NCBI RefSeq assembly: GCF_964355755.1 | Contig: NC_092675.1 | Location: 8,117,812-8,181,811 of the forward strand | From: Antedon mediterranea | Lineage: Eukaryota; Animalia; Echinodermata | Direction: 5' to 3' | Length of the DNA stretch: 64,000 nucleotides | In this document: positions 40,183 through 51,836 of the stretch, piece by piece | How the letters are laid out: each line of letters starts with the position of its first letter | Position numbering within the stretch: position 1 is the stretch's first letter | Position numbers and translations under genes: made by a program | Notes under the pieces: model-generated | The model's input: only the letters and a program-made list of their open reading frames with translations | Database searches by the model: none | What the model was told of the DNA's origin: nothing

Positions 40183-43100
40183 TAGTAGAGGCTATATATG
40201 GTTTGACCTTGAAAAAATACTAATAAAAGGTCTTTTGGTATTTTCTTGTAGCTTTAGGTGTGAATAATTACCAAAAAATGTTTGCAGCCTTCTAGTTGCT
40301 GCGTTAGTGAGATATTGAGGGTCAAAGGTCAGTGACCTTTTTGTGGCATTTGATGGCTCATAACTCCTCAACTCCTAGGTTTAAAAAGATAAATGTGGTG
40401 TCTACATCTATGTTTTAATGGTCAAACAACAAAATAAAGTTTTTTTCAAATTTCGGGTTACTTGTGCCATTGGTCAGATAGTCGGGTCAAAGGTCCTTGA
40501 CCTTTATTCATTAATAACTAGGACCTGGGTAAAATTTGTATTCATTCAATTTAGGAGAGAATATCTCAACTGTTATAGGGTAATTAGACCCCAAGGAACA
40601 ACATGGGATATGTGCCAAATTCGTTATCTAGGGCGAACATGCCCAAAATCGGGGTCAAAAGTTAGAAATGTGTTCTTCTTATATCTCGACAACCACTTAT
40701 CATACAGATTTGCTTTTGGTGTCAAATTGTTCAGAATATACATATTTATATTTGGTCTAACACAACTTTTACCAAAAAAAATGACCGGAAATGCTTTTAC
40801 TGACCTTTGACCAAAAAACACATTTTCGGGTTAAATTATTATTTAAAATGTCAATGGACACACTGTATGGTATCAAATGAAAGCATATACAATAAGCTAC
40901 ACTTTGCTACCCAACTTGTATTAAACATTTTTTAATTAGGAATCTAATCTTATGGAAAATGTGTGCATATTTTGATTACTTTTATACAAAAATGAATATT
41001 TAGTAGCGTAATTGTTGTGCTTATTTATATAATATTAAATAATTTTAAATAAGTGCTTGGAAGAACTATTTGGTATCAAATAAAAGCCCATACAATATTC
41101 TATCCATTGCTATCCAACTTGTAATAAAAATCTGTAATTATGATGCTACTTTGGTGAAAAATGTGCATATTTTATCGCTTTTTGACAAAAATTGGTATAC
41201 ATTATCAGATAGTGTTAATTTATTTTGGTTTATTTATCAATATTAAATAATTCAAATGTTTGAAAAGACATATTGGTATCAAAGGAAAGCACATACAATA
41301 TGATATCCATAGCTACCCAACTTGTTTTTAATTATGTGATGTTATTTTTGGAAAATATACATATTTTATTAAATTTAGACAAAAATGAGTATAAATTAAT
41401 GTAAGTTTATTTTTGGTGAAATAATTCTAGCATTGTAATGAAATATTTGGTATAAAAAATAAAAGTCCATACAATATGAAATCAATTGCTTACCCAACTT
41501 GTATTGAAAATCTATAATTATGATGCTAAGTTTTTTGAAAATATTATTTTTTTTGACAAAAATGAGTATATGAGTATACATTAAGCATTGTAAATTTATT
41601 TTGGTTTATTTATAATTTATAATCCTAGAGTTTTGATGAAAGTTTATTAAAATATGCATATTTCCCCCCCCCCCCCCAAAAAAAAAGATTAATTTTCAAT
41701 ACATATTATAATCTGTATGTACTAGGTATCATGTTTTATAGGGTTTCATTTGATACCAAATTGTTAATTCAAACACTTGACTTAAATTTATAATAAACCA
41801 AAATATATTTACACTGGGCAGCTGGGTGGAACAAAAAGTGCAGATGGATTAGTGGTCCACCTAAGAGATCTTTTGCAAACTGAAGATCTACGTATAATTA
41901 AATTGTGAATATATTATGATTGTGATTTGTCGTGAAGAGATTTTTATGTAATTAACATTAATTTTAAAATAATGTGTTGTTTAATTGGAAGCCAGTGACG
42001 TTTATACAATATTGGTGTAATATATTATGCAAATCTTAAGTGCCGGATACAAGTCGAGCTGCAGTATTTAAAAGAATAAGTTGTAGTTTATTAAGTTCTT
42101 TATCTGGTAGACCAAGCCAAATGACATTGCAGTAGTATAACTGTGATGTTATTAGTGCATGAACAAGTTTAATAAGCGAGGAGTGGGTTAGGGATTTTCG
42201 AATTGTTCTTATGTTATGAAGGTGGTAGGTATCATATTTACTAATGTTGTGGATATGTCTAACCTCCAACGATGGTGTGATTGATGTTTCTAGCAATTTC
42301 CAATTTCTTGAAGTGTTTTGAATGAAGAAATAAGATTTCTGTTTTACCAGGGTTAACAAGAGCATGTTTTTAGTTAGCCAATCCTGAACATCAACAACAC
42401 AAGCTTCGATAACCGACTTTGCCTCATTAAACTATGCTGGTTTAAAGCTGATGTTCAGTTGTTTATCATCTGCGTACACATGATATTGGACACAATGTCT
42501 CTTAATGATATCACTCATGGGCGAGATGTAAACTAAAAACAATACTGAACCCAGTATTGATCCTTGAGGAACATCGCATTTCAGGTCGATAGAGGTGGAT
42601 TTGACATTACCAATCTGGACCTGCTGCTTCCTAGAATACAAATATGACTTGAACCAATTCAGAGCAGATCCACGGATACCAATAGACGAGAGTCTTGCAA
42701 TAAGAATGGAATGGTCCATGGTATCAGACAGACAGGAGGAAGTACACAGAAAAAGAGACAATTTCCTTTACCCAGAGCTTAAATAATATCATTATGCACC
42801 TTGAGAATGGCTGACTCTGTACTGTGGTGCTTTCTATATGCTGATTGAAGAGGGTCGAACAGATTATTGTCGTCAAGAAAATGTATGAGATCTAAAGCAA
42901 CGCATTTCTCAAGGATCTTAGATAAGAAAGCGACATTAGAAATAGATCGAAAATTTGCCATGGAAGTATGATCCAGTGAAGGCTTCTTTAAAGAGGTGTA
43001 ACTAGACCCAACTTCAAATCATCAGAAAAGGTCGTACCAGTTGATAAAGATAAATTAATAATTCTAAATACTGAAGTCAATTATGCACATTTTCCATAAA

Positions 43101-43849
43101 ATTAGATTCCTAATTAAAAATTTTCAATACATATATTGGGTAGCAATGGGTAGCATATTGTATATGCTTTCATTTTATACCATTAACATTTTAAAGAATA
43201 ATTTAACCCGAAAATGTGTTTTTTGTCATTTTTTTGGTCAAAGGTCAGTAAAAGCATTTCCGGTCATTTTTAGGGTAAAAGTTGTGTTAGACCGAATATA
43301 AATATGTATATTCTGAACAATTTGGCACCAAAAGCAAATCTGTACGTTAAGTGGTTGTCGAGATATAAGAACCACACATTTCTAACCTTTGACCCTGATT
43401 TTGGGCATGTTCGCCCCAGATAACGAATTTGGCACATATCCCATGTTGTTCCTTGGGGTCTAATTATCCTATAACAGTTGAGATGTTCTCTCCTAAATTG
43501 AATGCATACAATGAATAAAGGTCAATGACCTTTGACTCGACTATCTGACCAATGGCACAAGTAACCTGAAATTTGCAAAAACTTTATTTTGTTGTTTGAC
43601 CACTAAAACATAGATGTAGACACCACATTTGTCTTTTTAAACCCAGGAGTTGAGGAGTTATGAGCCATCAAATGCCTCAAAAAGGTCACTGACCTTTGAC
43701 CCTCAATATCTCACTAACGCAGCAACTAGAAGGCTGCAAAATGTTTTTGGTATTTATTCACAACTATAGCTACAAGAAAATACCAAAAGACCTTTTATTA
43801 GAATTTTTTCAAGGTTACATAGGATAAATGTCACATATAGCCTGTACTA
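40183..43849. mobile_element. Academ-like non-autonomous element with ~750-bp TIRs
   Basis: TAGTAGAGGCTATAT ... ATATAGCCTGTACTA termini, 3-bp TSD TAT. About 40205-40960 is the reverse complement of about 43085-43815. Confidence 0.75.
42036..43075 (-). mobile_element. L2-clade LINE RT fragment, degenerate, inside the Academ-like element
   Basis: NFRSISN, QSAYRKHHSTESA, VPQGSILG, YADD, LVHALITSQLYYCN, NTAARLV. Confidence 0.8.
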
Positions 43850-44940
43850 TATGGTGATACGGGTTTAACATATAAATATTCAGGCAATATAGTGCCAGCC
43901 TTGCCATGGCCAACGTTCCTGAAAGATCTTCGAGATTAATTGAAAGCAGTCACAGGGTTCTACTTCAATTTTGTTTTGGTTAACAGGTACATATTTATTT
44001 ACTCTAGTAGCTAGATCAACTTTCGTATGCACTTTGAGGTCCAGAGAATTTGACTTCAGAAATTGGTTTAGAATGGTCAAACAATCATTATTGGCTTGGT
44101 TACACATTTTGAAAATGTGGCGAAAGGTCAAAAGGTCAGGGTGAAATGTTATCAAACTAAACACCAATAAGTCCTTAAATCTCGACAACCACTGGTCACA
44201 GCGAGGTAATTTTGGTCTCAAATTGATCAGAAGATTTACATTTATATTCAGTCTAATGGGACGTTTTAGTCAAAAATGACCGGAAATGCCATTTCTGACC
44301 TTTGACCCACACCCCAGGGCATGTATGTATCTTCGTAATTTTTTTTTTTCTCTTTTGTGGCGCAAACACCACTTTTATTCACATTCATATTATCTCATAT
44401 TACATAAAATCAGTACAGTACAGTATTATTTAACTTTTAAATGTCGTTACAGTTCATAAGTAACATTTTTACATATATGAATTCTGTATTACTCCTTTTT
44501 TCATTAGTTTTCTTATATTTTGTTATATACTTGACAGGATCATCATTATCATCTATCCCGTTTTAAAATAGTCCACACATTTTCATTTGTTTGTTTTTAT
44601 TTTACAACCCGGATTATACAATACTGTATATTTATATACATGAAAAAAAAAAACAATAATAGCTCAGTACCAGTAACCCGTATCACTGTAATTCTTTTTC
44701 TGTTAATCGTATCAAATTAGAAATTATATTATCATAATCTTATTTCTTAAAGCTACCCATTTTTCTATACTTGTTTCTTTATTGTTACATGTTTCACATT
44801 CAATGTTATATAACATATTGCTTTTAAATGAATTCCATAAAGATTTACCCACTGGCTTATTTAGTGCAGATAACATTTTTATTCTATAAATAGTAAATGC
44901 TGCAAAAGTGTAAATATTATACAGATATTGACTGTTTAGA

Positions 44941-45085
44941 GGTTAAATATAAGATTTGACATCCCCGAGGGAATGATATTATGTTCGAGGGAATATATAT
45001 TTCCCGAAGCGCCAGCTGAGGGAAATATATATTCCCCGAGAACTTAATATCATTCCCGAAGGGATGTCAAATCTTATATTTAACC
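44941..45085. repeat. Near-perfect 145-bp palindrome, likely the end of a small element extending to about 46010
   Basis: GGTTAAATATAAGATTTGACATCCC ... GGGATGTCAAATCTTATATTTAACC. Confidence 0.8.
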
Positions 45086-46084
45086 GATATAAAAGGCAAT
45101 ATCTGTTATATACAATTATAACTTTTTTGATGGAGTAAGAGCAGTTTTCTGTTTGGGCTCATGCCTATTACTTGCTCCTGGCAAGATGAATTGTAAAATG
45201 TACTTTATGAACTTTTGCCGAATAAATATTATTATTATTATTATTATATATTATATAGCCAAGAACAGGTCTGCTGCTGGGTTGGGTGAAGCTAGGCTAG
45301 GCCTCCTATAGCCTATAGCTATAGTATTTGTATTGTATTTAAACAAGCCTGCCTAGACACCTTACCTTGCGAAGAATAATATACAGATAATTACTATATT
45401 AATGATTCCTTGGCAATAAAATATTCACTTAGGCCTAGGTCGTTTAAATTAACAGAAGAATTTCCATCAATAAGCCTATTAATAATAATATTATAATCAG
45501 GTAGGCCGAATAAACAATTCGTCTTCTTCTCTTCGAGGAGCCGAATCACCGGATGTTCAGCGCGTACTAGTTACTAGGTTACTACCGTGAGTATTGACCA
45601 ATCACAAACAGTGTTTCATCACATTTAGGGTGGACTAATAACAAATGAGGGCGCTATGTATGCATAGCTTAAATAGTTTAGATGATTAATTTCTTCAAGC
45701 AAGCTACGTGGCGCAGCGGTTGAAGCGTTGTCTTGCGATGGGGTGACAATTCCACCCGAGTTCAAGATCGAGTAGATGACTTTTGTTTTTTATCGGCAAC
45801 GCGAGTGTTGGCACACGAAAATTACACAGTCAATATCATCGTACTCGAGAATCTATATGTTTAATGACAGGGGACACGATAATTACGCGAAAATTACACA
45901 GTCAATATCATCGTTCTCGAGGATATATACGATTTACGATCCTCGCAGCGGTAGTCATGTGATGCAGTTTCAACCAATCACGTTCGCGTATTTACATAGG
46001 CTATGTAATATAATCTATTAGCTTATCTCCCGTTCCTAGTATTAATTGTTTAAATGATATATTATTGTGATTTAAACTTACAAA

Positions 46085-48870
46085 GATACTAAGCATTTTC
46101 CTCCAATATTTCTGAATAAATCTACAAATGATTTTCATTTTCAATTTCTCCACATTTGTCACACGTTTGTGTTTCCTTAACTTTCCACTGATACAGCCGT
46201 TTGTTGGTAGGCAGTATTCTATGTAACATCTTATAATTGAATTGTGCTAGTTTCTTATCTTTCATTTTACATACTTTCCGTAACCAAGAAGTTTTCCAAT
46301 CAATGTTGTTATCATTGAAGTACTCTTCCCAATTTAGTTGTGACATTGGAATAATGAAATATTCTTTCACAAACCATGAGTATATTAGTTTGGTAGTACA
46401 GTATTAATCTCATACTTGGTCCCAACTAATTCATCATTATCATCACAATTGAAAATATCTACCTCCTTAATAATACGTTTCCATTGAATTGGTATTGCCT
46501 TGATAATGCAAAATACTCATTTAACCAGTTTGTTTTACATTGTAGTTTCACCAGTATTTCGTTTGATGTTAAAAAAGCGTTCTTATTAACAATGTCTTTA
46601 ATACTGATAATGCCACTGTCAATCCAATGCTTGTAGAAAAGCAATTTTTTTTTTAGTTTAACGTAGTGGTTTCCCCACAGTTGCTCATTCATTATATCGT
46701 TATAAGTTTCAGGTTTTTTTTAGAGATTCTGTTATAATTTATGTTGGCTTTTATCATATTTTTGTAAAACAGTGGAATTTTATCAGAATTAACATCAATA
46801 ATGTTATAACATGACATATTAAGTAAAACATTAACATCACATATTTTTTTAATATAATACATTGGAATATTTTTCCATTTAGCACCATCATCATTCATAA
46901 TTTATTTTAACCAGCCACACATGAGTGTGTTAACATGAAGAGTAAAATCAGGCATTTTAATGCCTCCCATCTCAACTTCACCAATTAGAGTTTTTCTTTT
47001 TATCTTTTCCCTTTTATTGTTCCAAATAAAATTATATATTAGATTTGTAACTTGTGTATATACATATTTTGGAACATCAGTGATATTTGCAGCATATGTT
47101 AATTTAGATAGTGCAAGACTTTTCAGGATTATTATTCTACCAAAAATTGAGAGATTTCTAGCATTCCATTGTTTTAAAGTCTTTTCTAGCTCTATTAATT
47201 TAACATCCCAGTTTTTTCTGGTACATTCTTCTGTATTATACCCTACATATATGCCTACAATTTTGATCGGGTGTTTTACCCAATTTAATTCTAAAGGTCT
47301 ATCTATTCTGTTCTTCCATTTACCAATCCAAAAAGCATTGGTTTTTTTTTATTTAGTGTCATTCCAGATACTTCACAAAAACGTTCAATTACACTGACTG
47401 CTGACTTAATACTTTTGTCATTACCAACATACAAAACAGTATCATCTGCTAATCGGCTTATTCTAGCTTCTATGTTATTTTCATTATTTGGAAGTTTAAT
47501 ACCCTAATAGTCATCTTTGTTTCTTATTCTAGATGCCATTACTTCAACCACTAAAATGAATAACAGAGCAGATAGAGGACAAACTTGTCTAATACCTCTT
47601 TCCATTTTAAAATTGTTTGAAAACCAACCATTGTTAACTGTGACACATTCAACGTTATCGTATAATACTTTTACCCAGTTACAAAAGAACATTCCAAAGT
47701 TAAACTTTTCTAGAACATTGAACATAAAATCTCTGCTAATAGAGTCAAAAGCCTTCTTAAAATCTACGGTAATTATTGCCCCTTCGATATCATTACACTC
47801 TGTATAATAAAGCAGGTCTTCTATTAACCGAATGTTTTCACCAGCGGAACGGCCTTTTATATAACCTTTTTGGTCTGAACTTACTATTGATTTAATAACC
47901 ATTTTAAGTCTGTTACTTAATACATGTGCAAGAATTTTGTAATCGGTGTTTAAGAGGGTAATGGGACGCCAATTATTCAAATTTTCTCTTTCTCCATCCT
48001 TGTACAAAAGCGCGATTACACCTCGTTTTTGCGAAAAGGATAATTCTTGAGAATTATAACTTTCATTTAACGCATCGCAAATTAAATGTTTAATATTATT
48101 CCAAAAGAACACATAAAATTCAACACTTAGACCATCCGATCCAGGTGTTTTATTTTTTTCCATCATTGAAATGGCCTTTTTACATTCATCAATAGTGACG
48201 TAACCTTCACAATTTTCTTTTTCTATTTCTGAAAGCTTGTTTATAATAGAATTACAAAGGTATTTATTAATTTTTCCAGGGTTTATAACATTTTTGCGTA
48301 TAAACCTTCGAAATGTTGTATTTGTTCCTTTAAAATATCAATTGGGCTCGTTGCTAAGCTTCCATCTTTAGTAATTAAACTTTTTATGTGTTTCTTTTTA
48401 CTTTTGGATCTTTCTAACCCAAGAAAGTATTTTGTATTCCGCTTGCCTTCCTCGATCCATTTTACTCTGGACCTAATTTGCGCGCCTTTTGCTTCTACAT
48501 TATAAATGTTTTCAAGCTCTATTTTTTTGTTTTCAATTTTATTTTCAATGGTTATATCACAATTTTGAGTATTCATAATTGTTTCATTTAAGTTTTTTAT
48601 TTGTTTTTGTAATTTTTCTTTCTTTTTATTCTGGTTCTTATTTTTTTGTTTTCCGTATGCAATTGAAAATTCTTTTATTTTTGTTTTTACAAGCTCCCAT
48701 AACAAACTTGCACTTACAGGTTCTCTATTATTTTTTAGTATTGAAACATCAATTATTTTAATTACTAATTTTGTAAATGTTTCATCTTTCAGAAAGCTAT
48801 TGTTGAACATCCATAAACCAGGACCGCGTATTTTTTCATGCAAATCTATTATAATTGATACCGCCTGGGA
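46085..48870 (-). mobile_element. Tx1/L1-clade LINE ORF2 fragment, degenerate
   Basis: RGPGLWMFNNS, GAQIRSRVKWIEEG, KTPGSDGL, WRPITLLNTDYKIL, DFKKAFD, GIRQVCPLS and a C-terminal CDKC...ENHL zinc finger. Several frameshifts. Confidence 0.85.
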
Positions 48871-50919
48871 GAATAGCTGGACGAATGTCACAGGCTAAAA
48901 CATCTCCATTTGGTATCTTCGTAATTACTGTTTGTAGACACTTGAATTTGGTCTTAAATTGTTTGAAATAAACATTTTGTTATTTGTTGCACATTTTTAA
49001 AAATGTTACAAAAGGTCAAAGGGTCAGGGTCAAGGGTTATATGAACAAATATAAATAGATACTTGTATCTCGGCAACCACTTGTCGCAGCAAGTTAATTT
49101 TAGTCTCAAAATGTTCAGAAGGCATGCTTTCATATTCAATCTAATGGGACATTTTAGTCAAATTTAGTCAGAAATGCCATTTCTGACCTTTGACCCACAT
49201 ATCATGGTATCTTCATATCTCTGTAAGTACTGGTCGTAGAAACTTAAATTTGGTATCAAATTGTTCGAAATATACATATTCACATTCATTGTAATAGAAC
49301 ATGTGGTTAAAAGATGAACAGAAATACTATTACTAATGTTTCAAACAAAAAACAAATATCTACATAACTTTTCCAGTAATGTTATGCAATAACTGATACT
49401 TTAAATTGTTTCAATTTCAAGTACTAGTTATTGCTGTCCACGAGAACAATTTTGATATAAACGAGATAAAAGTACCTTTATTTATTTGTTCATATAACCC
49501 TTGACCCTGACCCTTTGACCTTTTGTAACATTTTTCAAAATGTGTAACAAATAACAAAATATATATTTCGAACAATTTAAAACCAAATTCAAGTGTCTAC
49601 GACCAGTAGTTGCGGAGATAAGTACATGCCCTGGGTTGTGGGTCAAAGGTCAGAAATGTCATTTCCGGTAATTTTTACCTAAAATGTCCCATTAGACTGA
49701 ATATAAATGTATACCTTCTGATCAATTTGAGAACAAAATTACTTCGCTGTGACCAGTGGTTGTTGAGATTTAAGGACATATTGGTGTTTGGTCTTATGAC
49801 CTTTCACCTGACCTTTTGACCTTTCGCCACATTTTCAAAATGTGTAACCAAGCCAAAAATGATTGTTTGACCACCCTAAACCAATTTCTGAAGTCAAATT
49901 CTCTGGACCTCAAAGTGCATACGAAAATTGATCTAGCTACTAGAGTAATTATATATCTATGTTTATATTTGTTATAATTAAATAATGCAAACGTTTCTTA
50001 TGGCTACATTGTTTAACATTGATAATGATTTATTCTAAATTTTACTCTCAAGATTGTATAATTGAAAAATATCAGTAATCAGTCTTTTCGTCAACTATTA
50101 GCATCTCTCACTTTTTTAACCGCACAAAACTGTGTTTAATTATGTTGTACGGTTTATTGTTTTTTATGCTAAAAATTTAAGTGGAAAATGGATATTTATG
50201 TAAATATTTTCTAGCTTAAATTATAGTAAATTTTTTAAATTTTAATTTATGTTTCTTTACTAGATATGCAGACGGTAATGATTCTATTGGTGAACATAAA
50301 GACGATGAGAAAGACATCAACAGATTTAGTTCAATTGCGTCCATTTCATTATAGGTGAAACACGAATGTTTAGATTTCGCCATGGTACTACACGTGGAAA
50401 GAGACACAACATAAGTATTGAACCAGTAAATGTTGATCTTAAACACGGTAGCTTACTAATGATGAATTATCCAACTAACGAGTATTGGTACAATTCACTG
50501 CCTAAAACCCATCCATCAAACTACCAAGAATAAATCTGACATTTAGAAGATATTAAAAGATGAGAAAAGGTCAGGATTACTTTAGAACGCAAATTTTATT
50601 CGTAACAATTCATGAACAATTGTTCTAAAATGTAATAGTTATTACATGTATCTGTGTTTTATCAAAATGTAATGGTTACCTATACATTATTATTGGTGGC
50701 TGTCAAAAACTATTTTTAACAATTCGTTTCTTGTTAACTGTAATTGTATCCTCCTTTTTTATTTATTATAAATATTTTATTGTTGTGTTTGATTTAATTT
50801 TATGATTTTTAACTTTTCAGACAAACAAAAAATCAAACAAAAACACTCTAGGCCTGTACTAATAATGATGTATACGATCTTCTCTCTAACCCAGAGGTAG
50901 TGGTAAACGAGAAGAAAAA

Positions 50920-51350
50920 AAAACGTTGCAATTGCTGCCTTCACCTAGGCTACAGCTAGGTTGAAGTTGTATGAATTACTGTATTTGAACAATTACAGGA
51001 TCGTGTACTTTATTACGATACGGATTTATGTGTTTCCATTACTAATAAAACTAAGCCCTGATGAGTGACAACCATCGCTTGGCACACAAGACAAAAAAAA
51101 AACCATCGCTTGGTGATTATTTGGGTGAACTAACAAATGAAATAGATCCCAAAGACGATAAATATATTTCTTGCTTCGTCTCGGGTGGCCCAAAAAATTA
51201 CGTGTATAAATTAGATTCATGTAAAACTGTTTGCAAAGTCAAAGGTTTGACTTTAAATTTCAAAAATTCAAAGGAAGTCAATTTTGAAATAGTTAGTAGC
51301 ATGGTACGAGGAATCGGACCGAAAAAAAACTAATCCTAACAAAATAACCC
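50920..51350 (+). mobile_element. Polinton/Maverick protein-primed DNA polymerase B fragment
   Basis: NVAIAAFT*ATARLKLYE, QDRVLYYDTD, LGDYLGELTNE, FVSGGPKNY, CKVKGLTLN; stop and frameshifts present. Confidence 0.75.
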
Positions 51351-51836
51351 GTAGGCCTAAACCAAAATTTGTAAAAGTAGTTTCCCTATTTTAATTCATG
51401 GTAAATTTGTTTTTTTCGAATTAATTTAATTGTTTTCTTTTCTGTTGAATTTTTATTATTACGTTTGTAAAGTGTATTGCAATAGATTGGTTTAATGAAA
51501 TTAATTATGTTTTGGCTTAATTTATGTCAGTGTAAATTTGTAAAAGTAGTTTCCTATTTTAATTCATGGTAAATTTATTTCTTGACTTAATTTAATTTGT
51601 TTTCTTTTCTGTTAAAATATTATTATTATGTTTTGTAAAGTGTATTGCAATAGAATGTGTATCTATATATAAATTTACGTAAGGGCAAAATTCGGTAAAT
51701 CGCGCGTTATTTCTAGAATGTTTACTCGATGGTATATAAAGTTGGTTCGTACTTTCGGTACTGATTTTAACCATCTGATGTAACCATGTTTACTAATTAA
51801 ACGATTTAGGTTCAACGATTTGCCCCAAATAGGGGT

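Larger units (their letters stand above)
44000..49947. mobile_element. Second Academ-like element with ~330-bp TIRs
   Basis: TACTCTAGTAGCTAGATCAA ... TTGATCTAGCTACTAGAGTA, 3-bp TSD ATT. Shares subterminal motifs with 40183-43849. Confidence 0.75.
39770..50556 (+). pseudogene. ALKBH2: ALKBH2 (Fe/2OG DNA-repair dioxygenase) pseudogene: exon to 39964, decayed middle exon at about 49990-50100, last exon 50264-50556
   Basis: ENLDCDY...EEEIDYFTGDLAKVKVFGRWFNIPRKQ|GT matches ALKBH2 as I recall it. The last exon reads YADGNDSIGEHKDDE...HGSLLMMNYPTNEYWYNSLP...PRINLTFR, with two frameshifts and the distal Fe-ligand His changed to Asn. Confidence 0.85.
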
